Below are positions 32,428 to 42,381 of a stretch of DNA of 64,000 nt, in pieces. This DNA comes from Gammaproteobacteria bacterium. Its GTDB lineage: Bacteria; Pseudomonadota; Gammaproteobacteria; GCA-002705445; GCA-002716945. Both the position numbers and the translations under genes were made by a program. The first letter of the stretch is position 1. Every line of letters begins with the position of its first letter. The stretch lies in NCBI GenBank assembly GCA_045561295.1, contig JBJKYD010000012.1:27690-91689 (forward strand), written 5' to 3'. The notes under the pieces are model-generated. The model was given only the letters and a program-made list of their open reading frames with translations. It was not told where the DNA came from and searched no databases.

Positions 32428-32820
32428 TTAGATAGTTTTTATATATGAAGCTGAAGCTATATGATTTTCTTTTAATTCAATCTTAACTGAATAAAGCTTG
32501 TTTATTGGATAATTAATATTCTGTAATTCCATACAAATATCATCAACAAATTGTTTTGCCATATACTCTGTAGTAGTAATGTGATTGTTAAATTTATCTA
32601 TTTCGTCAAGATTTTTGTAGTTATATTGTGCAATAACATTCTTTAATACTTTATTCGCTATACCAATATCAATAATTACATTTTTCTCAATAAGTTCCTT
32701 CGAAGAAATAATCAGATCAACTACATAGGTAACACCATGAAGATTTTTAGCTGGTCCAAAAAATTCATCTTTTAGACTATGTGCTACAAAACAATAGTCT
32801 CTAATTTTCAGTTCATACAT
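32428..32820 (-). CDS. Atypical 6-pyruvoyl-tetrahydropterin synthase family protein (PTPS-IV-like)
   Basis: AHSL...FGPAKNLHGVTY, YKNLDE, TTTEYMA; lacks the Cys of the CxxxHGH motif. Confidence 0.85.
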   Translation of the reverse strand: MYELKIRDYCFVAHSLKDEFFGPAKNLHGVTYVVDLIISSKELIEKNVIIDIGIANKVLKNVIAQYNYKNLDEIDKFNNHITTTEYMAKQFVDDICMELQNINYPINKLYSVKIELKENHIASASYIKTI

Positions 32821-33789
32821 TTAATATCTCACAACTTTACAAAGACCATTCGAATTTCCTTTTTTAAAAAAAGACGGCAAGTCTTTTAAAAAGATTTCTT
32901 TTTTATCAATCAAGGCATCTAATCTTTTGTCTTTCAACATATTTAGAGCCAATAATCTTCTACTTAAATTATTCCATTTTTTTGATTTATATGCTGATAT
33001 ATTCCCAACTTGCGAGAATATAATTTTTAATCTTCTTGAAAAACAGTTTTCCCCCATTTTGATTTTAGTTTGTTGCTTGCCATACCAGCTGAGAATGCAT
33101 ACCTTTGTTTCTAATGAGCATTTTGATAGTAATTCATTTATCACATCTACGTTACCAGAACACTCATAAATAATGTCGGCCTCATTTATGCAGCTTAGAT
33201 CACTTTTATATATTAACCCTAGAGCTTTACAAGTCTTCCTCTTTTTAGAATCCTTATCAATAATAATAACATCAATGCCAAAACTCTTAGATAAAACATA
33301 GGCCATGAGAATTCCAACAATGCCTGCACCTATCACATATGTTTTATCGCCTATTGTTGGTTTTGTATCCCACATGGCATTAATTGCTGTTTCCATATTT
33401 GCCGTAAGAAGCGCTCTTCTCAATGGTATATCATTTGGAATAAGTGTGGCTAGCGATGCTTGAATAATATACATAGACTGGTGAGGAAACATTGTATAAA
33501 CATGCTTATGGAGATATTTTTTTGGGCCCTTTAGTACCTTCCCTATATTTAAGTAACCATATTTTAGATCACTATCAAACTCGCCCTCTTGATGAGGAGC
33601 TCGCATAAAACTAAATTGATTCTTCGGGACTTGTCCATCAAAAACTATTTTTTCAGTTCCATAACTTATCCCAGAATATAATGTCTTAACTAAGATTTCA
33701 TCTTTTTCCATAGAAGTATCAAGGAGTTCTTTTTTGATACTACCTTTTTTCTTAGATACCCAAAATGATTGTGCTGTATACTGATTCAT
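32821..33789 (-). CDS. Zn-dependent (MDR) dehydrogenase
   Basis: SGISYGTE, KYGY..IG, PHQ, ANMETAINAMWD, GAGIVG, SWYG, SQVG. Confidence 0.88.
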   Translation of the reverse strand: MNQYTAQSFWVSKKKGSIKKELLDTSMEKDEILVKTLYSGISYGTEKIVFDGQVPKNQFSFMRAPHQEGEFDSDLKYGYLNIGKVLKGPKKYLHKHVYTMFPHQSMYIIQASLATLIPNDIPLRRALLTANMETAINAMWDTKPTIGDKTYVIGAGIVGILMAYVLSKSFGIDVIIIDKDSKKRKTCKALGLIYKSDLSCINEADIIYECSGNVDVINELLSKCSLETKVCILSWYGKQQTKIKMGENCFSRRLKIIFSQVGNISAYKSKKWNNLSRRLLALNMLKDKRLDALIDKKEIFLKDLPSFFKKGNSNGLCKVVRY

Positions 33790-33791
33790 GT

Positions 33792-34502
33792 ATGAATTAT
33801 AACAAAAATATAATCAGTGGATACCTAAGCATTCAAGTTATTATGACTAATTTAATATTTTTATTATTTCTTATTTTTTCTTTAACGGATAAAAATACTA
33901 TCCCTTTGATAATACATGACTCTATTATGATATATATAATTACCTGCATACTTTTTTATTTCCTGCTAAGACAAGATAAATTTTCTTATAATATTCCAAA
34001 TGTGATAACTAACTATAGATTAATTATCAATTGCTTCATTTTAATATTAGTGATGAATATAAATTACTATGATCATTACCTTCTTCTTGTACTAAGCGTA
34101 ATAAGTCTATTATTAGATGGGGTTGATGGCTACCTATCAAGATTTCTTAAACAACAAACGGATTTTGGAGAGACTTTTGATCAAGAAGTTGATAATTTTT
34201 TGATATTTATTCTTAGTTTTTCTCTTGTATATAATTATTCTTTTTGTTTTATGATTATGTGCGTCCCAATTTATAGATATATTTTCTTATCTTTAGTAAA
34301 ATATGGGTATGTAAGTAATGGCAACCTTCGTAGCTCGTACTTTAGAAAGATTATATGCGTATCAATGATAATCATATTAATCCTCTCTAACTATTTATAT
34401 ACAATAGACGCAATAATTTATTTATTATATGTCATTATTACATTGTTAACTTACTCTTTTGTTAGAGATACAATATGGTTATATAGGAGAAGAAATGTTT
34501 AA
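33792..34502 (+). CDS. CDP-alcohol phosphatidyltransferase family protein
   Basis: PN.IT..R, LDGVDGYLSR...TDFGE.FDQEVD; start could be 33843. Confidence 0.88.
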   Translation: MNYNKNIISGYLSIQVIMTNLIFLLFLIFSLTDKNTIPLIIHDSIMIYIITCILFYFLLRQDKFSYNIPNVITNYRLIINCFILILVMNINYYDHYLLLVLSVISLLLDGVDGYLSRFLKQQTDFGETFDQEVDNFLIFILSFSLVYNYSFCFMIMCVPIYRYIFLSLVKYGYVSNGNLRSSYFRKIICVSMIIILILSNYLYTIDAIIYLLYVIITLLTYSFVRDTIWLYRRRNV

Positions 34503-35070
34503 GAAATATATTTTAATAATCTTATTCCCGGTCGCTGTATGGGCCTCAGAAGATGAGTATATTATTGATAAATCACATTTTTCAGTAGGTTTCTTAGTTG
34601 AGCATGTAGGTTATGCAAAAACTTTAGGTATGTTTAAGCATATAGATGGAAGTTACACACATGATGTAACAAATAAAAAGATTAATGATATAAAAATTGT
34701 CATCAAAACTAGCAGTGTATTTACTAATGATGAGAAAAGGGATGAGCATCTGATGAGTCCAGATTTTTTACATGTAGAAAAGTATCCAGAAATGATTTTC
34801 GAAGCCACAGATATTAAAATTGATGATAAGCAATCAATTATAAATGGAAATTTAACATTACTGGGAATCACCAAACCACTTATCCTTACTGGCAAGATAA
34901 ATAAAATAGGCAAATATCCTTTTGGTGGCATTATTAAACCTTACGTGATGGGAATTTCAGCCAGAGGAACAATAAAAAGATCGGATCATGCAATGATGTA
35001 TGCGATTAAGGATAATCTAGTTGGAGATGAAATAGACTTGATCATAGAGTTTGAAGCAAGAAGACAATAG
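34495..35070 (+). CDS. YceI family protein
   Basis: Y.IDKSH.SVGF.V.H.G, RDEHL.SPDF, GNLTLLGITKP, IKRSD. Confidence 0.93.
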   Translation: MFKKYILIILFPVAVWASEDEYIIDKSHFSVGFLVEHVGYAKTLGMFKHIDGSYTHDVTNKKINDIKIVIKTSSVFTNDEKRDEHLMSPDFLHVEKYPEMIFEATDIKIDDKQSIINGNLTLLGITKPLILTGKINKIGKYPFGGIIKPYVMGISARGTIKRSDHAMMYAIKDNLVGDEIDLIIEFEARRQ

Positions 35071-35732
35071 TGTCAGTAGAATCACCAATAATATCTGATG
35101 ACTTACGAGAATATGTTGATTCTGTAGGATATGCTGAATCGAACATTCTTAAAGAAAATAGAAAAGAGACAAAAAAGCTTGGGGCAATATCAATCATGCA
35201 AGTAGGTGCAGCACAAGGAGCTCTTTTATCTATATTGTGTAAGATTTCAAAGTTTAGAAATTGTTTAGAAGTTGGTGTCTTCACAGGTTATAGCTCTCTA
35301 TGTATTGGTACATCTATTTCTGAGGACTCCAAACTGACATGTATCGATAATAATAAAGAGTATTTAAATGTTGCAAAAAAGTATTGGAACAAAGCGAAAA
35401 TAGCACATAAAATTAATTTAATCGAAGATAATGCAATTAATGCATTGAATATGCTTAGTAAAAATGATCTCAACAGTTTTGACTTTGCATTCATCGATGC
35501 AGATAAATCTAATTACTGTTTGTATTATGAAAAAATTATTCCATTGATGCAAAAAGGTGGTGTGCTATGTATAGATAATACTCTTTGGAAAGGTAGAGTT
35601 TATGACAATAGCGTTAACAATAGTAGCACTCAATCTATAAGAGATATCAATAAATTAATTAACTCTGATAAAAGAGTTGAACACTCTTTATTAACTATTT
35701 ATGATGGCATGACAATTTGCTATGTTAAATGA
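35070..35732 (+). CDS. O-methyltransferase (caffeoyl-CoA OMT type)
   Basis: LEVGVFTGYS, FDFAFIDADK, DNTLW.G, DG.T. Confidence 0.92.
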   Translation: MSVESPIISDDLREYVDSVGYAESNILKENRKETKKLGAISIMQVGAAQGALLSILCKISKFRNCLEVGVFTGYSSLCIGTSISEDSKLTCIDNNKEYLNVAKKYWNKAKIAHKINLIEDNAINALNMLSKNDLNSFDFAFIDADKSNYCLYYEKIIPLMQKGGVLCIDNTLWKGRVYDNSVNNSSTQSIRDINKLINSDKRVEHSLLTIYDGMTICYVK

Positions 35733-36421
35733 TGTACGTGTATAGTTTCTATAAATTCCAAAAGTTAGACAACCTTTCTAAATTGAGAGAGGAAATCTAT
35801 AATTCTTTAAATAAATATAGTGTTAAAGGTACAGTCCTGCTGTCGCATGAAGGAATCAATGTTAACATGAGCCAACAAAAATATTTACTCGATTTGGCGA
35901 TTAAAGATATTAGCAAAATAATTAATCTAACAAAAGTATTAATCAACAAGTCTAAAACTAAAGAAATAGCATTCCAAAAAATTAAAGTTAAGATAAAAAA
36001 TGAAATCATTAAATTTGACTACTCTATTGAGAGTCATAATATGAAGAAAAGCGGTCTTCAATCAATAAGTCCTAGAAAATGGGAGGAATTACTTGATGAA
36101 GATATCCAATTAATTGATATGAGAAACAATTTTGAATATTCATTAGGTACATTTAAAAATGCAATTGGTTTAAGACTAAAGAACTTTACAGATTTAAAAG
36201 ATAGGTCTAAAGATCTAGAGATTCTAGATAAAGATAAAAAAACTGCAATATTCTGCACTGGTGGTATAAGATGTGAAAAAGCAGGTTTGTACCTAAATAA
36301 AATAGGATTTAATAATGTATACCAATTAGATGGGGGTATAATCAATTACCTTGATTCATCTGAAAAATCAAATAAATGGATTGGTAACTGTTTTGTTTTT
36401 GATGACAGAATTTTTTATTAG
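35729..36421 (+). CDS. Rhodanese-domain TrhO/UPF0176-like protein
   Basis: FYKF, GTVLLSHEGIN, FCTGGIRCEKA, L.GGI..Y, G.CFVFD.R. Confidence 0.88.
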   Translation: MMYVYSFYKFQKLDNLSKLREEIYNSLNKYSVKGTVLLSHEGINVNMSQQKYLLDLAIKDISKIINLTKVLINKSKTKEIAFQKIKVKIKNEIIKFDYSIESHNMKKSGLQSISPRKWEELLDEDIQLIDMRNNFEYSLGTFKNAIGLRLKNFTDLKDRSKDLEILDKDKKTAIFCTGGIRCEKAGLYLNKIGFNNVYQLDGGIINYLDSSEKSNKWIGNCFVFDDRIFY

Positions 36422-37386
36422 AAACTAACTTTAAGAATACTATCTTTAATTGAAGCATAGTCTTCAATGGTCATCTTGAAAACTTCAATAGGTTTGTTTT
36501 CGGATGAGAATCTTTCCATATTTGAGTGCTTGATTACAAAATCAAACTTATTAGGTATTTTCATGTTTTCTTTTATCATGAAATCATTCTTAGTAAAATT
36601 AACTAATATATTATCTTGATTTGCAGATATTCTTTTAATAGCGAAAGGCTGATTAACATTTATTTCTTTCAAAATCATAAAAAAATAACCCTGATAATTC
36701 ATATCGGTTGATACGCGGATATCTAATATAGAGTTGAATTCAGATGAGTTATCCTTTAGTTGAGATAGTAAGTCTTTATATTGTATTTTATTTTTGATAT
36801 CAGGGTGTTTAATAATTTTATTCAGTGTTTTTTGTGCAAGTGAATTATCATTTATCGTAAATGAAAAGCTTAATTGATCTAGAAGGCCTTGTGCATCATT
36901 GGTAGACGCAAGGTAGATATTAAAATATTTTTTTATAAGTTCCTTATTAATTGTCTCGCTATCACTTCTTAGTACTAAAATATACTCTTTGATAGCATCC
37001 ATGTTATTTGGTCTTAGATTTATGGCGATTTGATAGGCCCGTGATGCTTTTTGATAGTTTTTTAAAATAGAGTATGACTTACCTAACATGAGCCATCCAT
37101 TAAAATCATCTGGATTATTTAATAATTTTGATTCCAGCATGGGAACGTTATCCTTAATGGTCTTAATATTATTTCTTACACTTAAATTTTTAGAATAAAT
37201 ACTCTTATAAGCCTTTGTGTTTGTATAATCATATGAGTTCGAAAATACATATACGATAATTAACGATAAAATCAATGATAGAGTAATCTTTATTTTCTTA
37301 TTCTGTTGTTGTGACTCTGTTGTCTTATTGATAGTTAGGAAAAAAAAGTAAACTAATGTAGATATAAGAATGAAAAAATAAATCAT
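36418..37386 (-). CDS. CcmI/CycH-like TPR protein
   Basis: NPDD..GWLMLG TPR; last gene of the ccm operon. Confidence 0.75.
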   Translation of the reverse strand: MIYFFILISTLVYFFFLTINKTTESQQQNKKIKITLSLILSLIIVYVFSNSYDYTNTKAYKSIYSKNLSVRNNIKTIKDNVPMLESKLLNNPDDFNGWLMLGKSYSILKNYQKASRAYQIAINLRPNNMDAIKEYILVLRSDSETINKELIKKYFNIYLASTNDAQGLLDQLSFSFTINDNSLAQKTLNKIIKHPDIKNKIQYKDLLSQLKDNSSEFNSILDIRVSTDMNYQGYFFMILKEINVNQPFAIKRISANQDNILVNFTKNDFMIKENMKIPNKFDFVIKHSNMERFSSENKPIEVFKMTIEDYASIKDSILKVSF

Positions 37387-37733
37387 CTAATGTATCGCCT
37401 AAAAAGAAAATAACTCAATATAACTATAAATACTAGTGGACCAAACCATAAAATTATATTTTGGTTATTTACTGGCGGTTCATAGAGTATATAAGAGCTG
37501 TATCTCTCAGACAAAAAAGTTTTTATTTCCTCTTCATTTTTCCCTGATTCTAACATTTCTTTTATTTTCTGTTTCATATCGACCGCAAGAGGTGCTTCTG
37601 ATTCAGACAGGTTTTGATTTTGACAAACCATGCATCTAAGTTCCTCTATAAGTGACTTATATTGTTTATCAATATCTGCTGAGAAACTATTGCTAGAAAA
37701 TAAAAAGGCAACTACTATAAATATTTTCTTCAC
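37383..37733 (-). CDS. ccmH: Cytochrome c biogenesis protein CcmH
   Basis: LRCMVCQNQ...S.APLA.DM, RY...ILYEPP. Confidence 0.95.
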   Translation of the reverse strand: MKKIFIVVAFLFSSNSFSADIDKQYKSLIEELRCMVCQNQNLSESEAPLAVDMKQKIKEMLESGKNEEEIKTFLSERYSSYILYEPPVNNQNIILWFGPLVFIVILSYFLFRRYIR

Positions 37734-38251
37734 TCATTCATTCCCAATAAAGGCATCATTTCCTGTTGAATAATTTTATTATTAATTGGTCCGATATGTT
37801 TGTATAGAATAACTTGATTTTCATCAATTATATAAGTTTCTGGCACTCCATAAACACCTAAATCCAAGGATAGGTCACCTGAAAAATCAGCAATAATAAT
37901 ACGATATGGATTACCTCTCATATTGAGCCATCCTTTTGCATCATCAGCATTGTCTTTGTAATTAATACCGACTAAATCAAAATTTTTATTATTTGAAAGA
38001 GCAATCAAATGTGAATGTTCTCTTTCGCACTCAAGGCACCAACTTGCCCATACATTAATTATTGTTCTTCTGTCCTGAAAACTATCATTGTCATGTGATG
38101 TATTCAGGAATAAATCATTTAGTTTAAATTTTGGAAATTCCTTTCCTATTAATGGAGATTCAACTTTTTTTGGATCATTATATAAACCTTGATATAGAAA
38201 AAAGCTCATAAAACTAAATGCTACAATAGCAAAAATACTGCTTTTACTCAT
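37730..38251 (-). CDS. ccmG: Thiol:disulfide interchange protein CcmG/DsbE
   Basis: NVWASWCLEC..EH, GINYKD, GVYGVPETY. Confidence 0.95.
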   Translation of the reverse strand: MSKSSIFAIVAFSFMSFFLYQGLYNDPKKVESPLIGKEFPKFKLNDLFLNTSHDNDSFQDRRTIINVWASWCLECEREHSHLIALSNNKNFDLVGINYKDNADDAKGWLNMRGNPYRIIIADFSGDLSLDLGVYGVPETYIIDENQVILYKHIGPINNKIIQQEMMPLLGMNE

Positions 38252-40131
38252 GATAATTTCTTTTTAAATCTTATGCTAAATATGGAACCTATAATCATAA
38301 ATATAGTACCTATCCATATGAATCTAATAAATGGTTTATCATATATTCTAAGGGACCATTTATTATCATCTATCATATTTCCTAGAGAGACATAGAGGTC
38401 CCTATCAATCCTCCCATGAATTCCAGCTTCTGTCATGGGTGATTCGCTTGAATGATAGAGTCTTTTTTCAGGATTAATCTCCGTTATGAACTGATTGTCT
38501 TTACTAACAAGTACTGATGCAATAATTGCATCATAATTAACTGATTTAAGTTCACTTAATTTTTCAAGTTTATATTCAAATAGACCAATTTTTTTCGATT
38601 CACCTACATTCAATACTAATTCTTTTTCTATTTTATTATTTTCAGAAATGCTGGCGCCTAGTATAAATATTGCTAATCCAAAATGAGCAAAGTACATACC
38701 TGTTCTATTTTTCAATTTAATTTTATTATCTAGGGAAGAAAATACATCATATAGAATGTTTACTATTATCCATGTTGCTGAGAATATTCCAATAAAGAAT
38801 AAAATAGAGCTAACAGAAAAAGTTAAAGACAAAATAATACTCAAAATCAAAATAACTACTAGTTGAATTACTTGTGAGTTTTTCGAACTTCTTGCTAAAA
38901 GAATAGGTATGTATCCTACTAATAACATTAAAGGAATCATGAGAGGTATGAAAACCGCATTATAGTATGGTACGCCTACTGAAATTTTCTCAAGACCAAG
39001 AACATCTAAAAATAAAGGATACATTGTGCCTAGAAGTATTGTAAACGTTGCAGTAACTAAAAGGATATTATTAAGCAAGAAAAAGCCCTCTTTAGAAAAA
39101 AGTGTAACTTCATTATCATCAACAAATTTTTTTGAATTCATGCTGTATATAATAAGTCCTCCTCCAATAAGAGCTAGTAACATGAGCAAAATGAAAATTC
39201 CGCGCGTTGGATCGCTGGCAAAAGAATGAACGGAAATTAAAATACCTGACCTTACTAGAAATGTTCCTAATAGACTAAGTGAAAATGTAAATATTGATAG
39301 AAGAATTGTCCAGCTTTTAAACATCCCCTTCTCACCAGTTGCTATTACAGAATGAAGAAGTGCGGTTGACATAAGCCACGGCATAAAAGATGCGTTTTCA
39401 ACGGGGTCCCAGAACCACCATCCGCCCCAACCTAATTCGTAGTAAGCCCACCAACTTCCTAAAGCAATACCTAGTGTTAAAAATGACCATGATGCTAAAA
39501 TCCAAGGTCTTATCCATTGTGCCCACTCTTTTTTAAAGTCGCTTTCGAAGCAGCATGCAATAGCAAAGGAAAAGACAACTGATAAACCAACATAACCCAT
39601 ATAGAGCATTGGTGGATGAACTATCAGTCCAAAGTCTTGGAGTAAAGGGTTAAGATCACTACCATCAATAGGAACAGTCATTGTTCTATCAAATGGATTC
39701 GATGTAGCAACAACAAATAATAGAAATCCAAGATTGAGTATACCCATCGTTGCTAGAAAATTGATACGTAAAGATTTATGTAAATCTTCACTAAATATAC
39801 TAGCTAAAAACATCCAAAAGCTCGAAACCACACACCAAAGAAGCATAGAACCCTCATGGCCGGCCCAAGCTGCAGAAATCTTATATATTAAAGGTAAGTT
39901 AGAATTAGAATTTTTCGCAACATAATCTAAAGAATAATCCTCACCAACAAAAGTAACGATAAGGCATATAAATGATATAAGTAGTATTGGGAAATGAAGT
40001 TTACTGGCTGACAATAAAATATTGCTAGAAACATTTAGGCCTGATACAAACTTTGGTGTAAGTAACAACATGCAGTTCATCAGACCTAGCAAAAGGAGAA
40101 AATAACCGATATAACCTATTTCAATAATCAT
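38248..40131 (-). CDS. ccmF: Heme lyase CcmF
   Basis: W.GHEGS, HPPMLYMGY, WGGWWFWDPVEN, SVHSFA. Confidence 0.98.
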   Translation of the reverse strand: MIIEIGYIGYFLLLLGLMNCMLLLTPKFVSGLNVSSNILLSASKLHFPILLISFICLIVTFVGEDYSLDYVAKNSNSNLPLIYKISAAWAGHEGSMLLWCVVSSFWMFLASIFSEDLHKSLRINFLATMGILNLGFLLFVVATSNPFDRTMTVPIDGSDLNPLLQDFGLIVHPPMLYMGYVGLSVVFSFAIACCFESDFKKEWAQWIRPWILASWSFLTLGIALGSWWAYYELGWGGWWFWDPVENASFMPWLMSTALLHSVIATGEKGMFKSWTILLSIFTFSLSLLGTFLVRSGILISVHSFASDPTRGIFILLMLLALIGGGLIIYSMNSKKFVDDNEVTLFSKEGFFLLNNILLVTATFTILLGTMYPLFLDVLGLEKISVGVPYYNAVFIPLMIPLMLLVGYIPILLARSSKNSQVIQLVVILILSIILSLTFSVSSILFFIGIFSATWIIVNILYDVFSSLDNKIKLKNRTGMYFAHFGLAIFILGASISENNKIEKELVLNVGESKKIGLFEYKLEKLSELKSVNYDAIIASVLVSKDNQFITEINPEKRLYHSSESPMTEAGIHGRIDRDLYVSLGNMIDDNKWSLRIYDKPFIRFIWIGTIFMIIGSIFSIRFKKKLS

Positions 40132-40583
40132 TGTTGAATGCTTTGTGTTGTTTTATTTTTACTTTTTTCACTTATACCAAGTGATTCTTGAATTTCTGGA
40201 GGCATGTATGTTTCATCATGTTTAGCTAAAACCTCCTCAGCTACAAAATAATCTTGCTCAACATGGCCTCTAATTACTACGCCTTGGCCCTCTCTGAATA
40301 AATCAGGTAGTATTCCATCATATTTAATTAACATTTTATTATCAAAATCAGTAACAAAGAATCTTACTTTTTTAGTACCTTTTACTCTTACTAAAGATCC
40401 TTCCTCAACCATGCCACCAATCCTAAATATATAATTTTCAGGAAAATTACCATTAACAAGTTGTGTAGGGCTCCTGTAGTACAAAAGATTATCATTGAAT
40501 GTCTTCACAAAAAGAAACAACACAAAACCAAGAATGACTAGCAAAAATGAAACATAATAAATTCTGACTGATCTCTTTTTCAT
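40128..40583 (-). CDS. ccmE: Heme chaperone CcmE
   Basis: RIGGMV, Y.GILPDLFREGQG, VLAKHDETYMPPE. Confidence 0.97.
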   Translation of the reverse strand: MKKRSVRIYYVSFLLVILGFVLFLFVKTFNDNLLYYRSPTQLVNGNFPENYIFRIGGMVEEGSLVRVKGTKKVRFFVTDFDNKMLIKYDGILPDLFREGQGVVIRGHVEQDYFVAEEVLAKHDETYMPPEIQESLGISEKSKNKTTQSIQQ

Positions 40584-40588
40584 GCTAT

Positions 40589-40711
40589 CTAGGACTTAGT
40601 GATGTTTTTTTTGATTTGCCTACCATTATACACCAACACAGCGACCACGATAATCATTGGCACGAGGACCAAAAAATATGCCCAAAATATGTAACCTGCG
40701 TAATCAAACAT
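40589..40711 (-). CDS. ccmD: Heme exporter protein CcmD (40 aa, not in ORF track)
   Basis: MFDYAGYIFWAYFLVLVPMIIVVAVLVYNGRQIKKNITKS; single TM, YxxYxWxxY pattern, directly upstream of ccmE. Confidence 0.75.
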   Translation of the reverse strand: MFDYAGYIFWAYFLVLVPMIIVVAVLVYNGRQIKKNITKS

Positions 40712-41178
40712 AGTTAGAAATATACCTTATAATGTAGTTAATAAAAACATTAAGATTCTAACAGGAACTCAATATTTTTACTGTGTTTTTGGTATGTTTC
40801 GGGTGGTTAAAAAGGATGAAAGATGGTGAAATTTATTAATTATAGTCTAGCTTGGCCGAAGCTTATCTAGAATGAATTCGCGGGATTGATTCTTATGATT
40901 TTTATGATGAAGAATTTCATCGACAGAGTGCTCTGTCGTGTGTTGAGCATTTATGTACATATCCGTAATAAATATCCTCATACATAAAACATACACCTAA
41001 AGTAAACTAAGTTTAAAAAAAAAATAAATTATTATTATTGACATATTTGTCTATGAGGATTCACTAAATTACATCAAATAAATCATTCATAATTATTAAA
41101 TATAAACAAGATGGTTATTGATAAAAACATTTATTATAATGTTGCCTATTCTAAATATTTGATAAAAATTCCCGAATA

Positions 41179-41370
41179 ATGATGAATCAAATAACTCTCA
41201 TTACACTTTTATCAGCTGCAATAGTCTTTTTTATCTTACGACCTATCTACATGAAAGATATTGTCGATTACAAATTCAAAACACTTGCAGATATACTTGC
41301 TTTTCTATTTTTATCTTGGGTTGTTGGTACAGTCCTTGGTTTATTATTAGCAATGAATTTAGCGCCGTAA
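41179..41370 (+). CDS. Small 2-TM protein
   Basis: 63 aa with two hydrophobic helices. Confidence 0.6.
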   Translation: MMNQITLITLLSAAIVFFILRPIYMKDIVDYKFKTLADILAFLFLSWVVGTVLGLLLAMNLAP

Positions 41371-41497
41371 GAGTTTTCTATCACTCTTTTATAGTTAAAA
41401 TAAATTTATTTAAATAAATATCTCGACAACATTGTATATAAAAGTTAATATATAATCAGGTAGTTACATTAGTCTTTTAACTACACGAATCCAAAAC

Positions 41498-41668
41498 ATG
41501 AAATCCAAAAAAACTTGTTCTATATGTTCAACTTCGGCAAATGCGTTATATAGATGTAGGTACAATTATAAAAAAGAATGGGAATTCTTATGTCAACAAT
41601 GCCTCACTATAGTCAAAGCTAAATATTCTAAAAGCTATCAATATGGTGGTACAAAGAAAAATAAATAA
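41498..41668 (+). CDS. Small CxxC...CxxC protein (56 aa, not in ORF track)
   Basis: MKSKKTCSICSTSANALYRCRYNYKKEWEFLCQQCLTIVKAKYSKSYQYGGTKKNK. Confidence 0.75.
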   Translation: MKSKKTCSICSTSANALYRCRYNYKKEWEFLCQQCLTIVKAKYSKSYQYGGTKKNK

Positions 41669-41669
41669 A

Positions 41670-42038
41670 CTACTTATTTAAGATAGAATTACAAAGATCC
41701 TTATATTCACTCTCAATTTTCATGTTTGCAAAACGCTGTCCTTTTTCTTGGGCTATATATGACCATGACTCTATAACGCTTGTCGCTGATAGGATGAATC
41801 CCGCCTGAGAAGAATTAGGGCTTATACTTAAGAACTTCTTATTAAGAGTATCAAAATATTTTCCATGGTATTCATATTTTGCTTTATTAGAATATTGATT
41901 ATTTAATTTAGCTTTCAAATGGTATGCAGAACATTTTATAATATTATTCCTCTCACTTTTCAAATCTGCTTCATCTGATGAAACTAGTCCAGGTATAATT
42001 ATTAAGATAATGAAAAATATTTTAATTAAATTTGACAT
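41670..42038 (-). CDS. Exported hypothetical protein
   Basis: Signal peptide; two Cys. Confidence 0.7.
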   Translation of the reverse strand: MSNLIKIFFIILIIIPGLVSSDEADLKSERNNIIKCSAYHLKAKLNNQYSNKAKYEYHGKYFDTLNKKFLSISPNSSQAGFILSATSVIESWSYIAQEKGQRFANMKIESEYKDLCNSILNK

Positions 42039-42109
42039 TGGTAATTTAGTATAGGCATATTAGAATTAACTTACAAATATATTTAAAAATATGATTCTTT
42101 TAAAAAATA

Positions 42110-42232
42110 ATGACTAAAAATACCAAATCAATAATATTAATAATTTTTAGTGCAGTCGCTTTCTATGTTTATCAGTTTGTAGTTGGTATTTTAGTTCTTG
42201 CTTTAGCTATACATACATTTTTTAGAGAATAA
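42110..42232 (+). CDS. Small membrane protein (40 aa)
   Basis: MTKNTKSIILIIFSAVAFYVYQFVVGILVLALAIHTFFRE. Confidence 0.5.
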   Translation: MTKNTKSIILIIFSAVAFYVYQFVVGILVLALAIHTFFRE

Positions 42233-42248
42233 TAAATTCATAGTCGAA

Positions 42249-42359
42249 CTATAAGACCAGTAGTATCAATGCTGAACTGGAAATTATTATTGCAGCAATA
42301 GCCAGTAACTTAAGCACCTCTAAAAGTATTTTATTTATTGATTTGTCTTTTTCAGCCAT
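42249..42359 (-). CDS. Small membrane protein (36 aa)
   Basis: MAEKDKSINKILLEVLKLLAIAAIIISSSALILLVL. Confidence 0.5.
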   Translation of the reverse strand: MAEKDKSINKILLEVLKLLAIAAIIISSSALILLVL

Positions 42360-42381
42360 TGATAAAAATATCATTAAATAA

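Noticed and set aside
38432-38441. gtcatgggtg match to the tRNA 3' core
   Set aside because: Only 10 bp and inside conserved ccmF coding sequence (SPMTE); likely chance.
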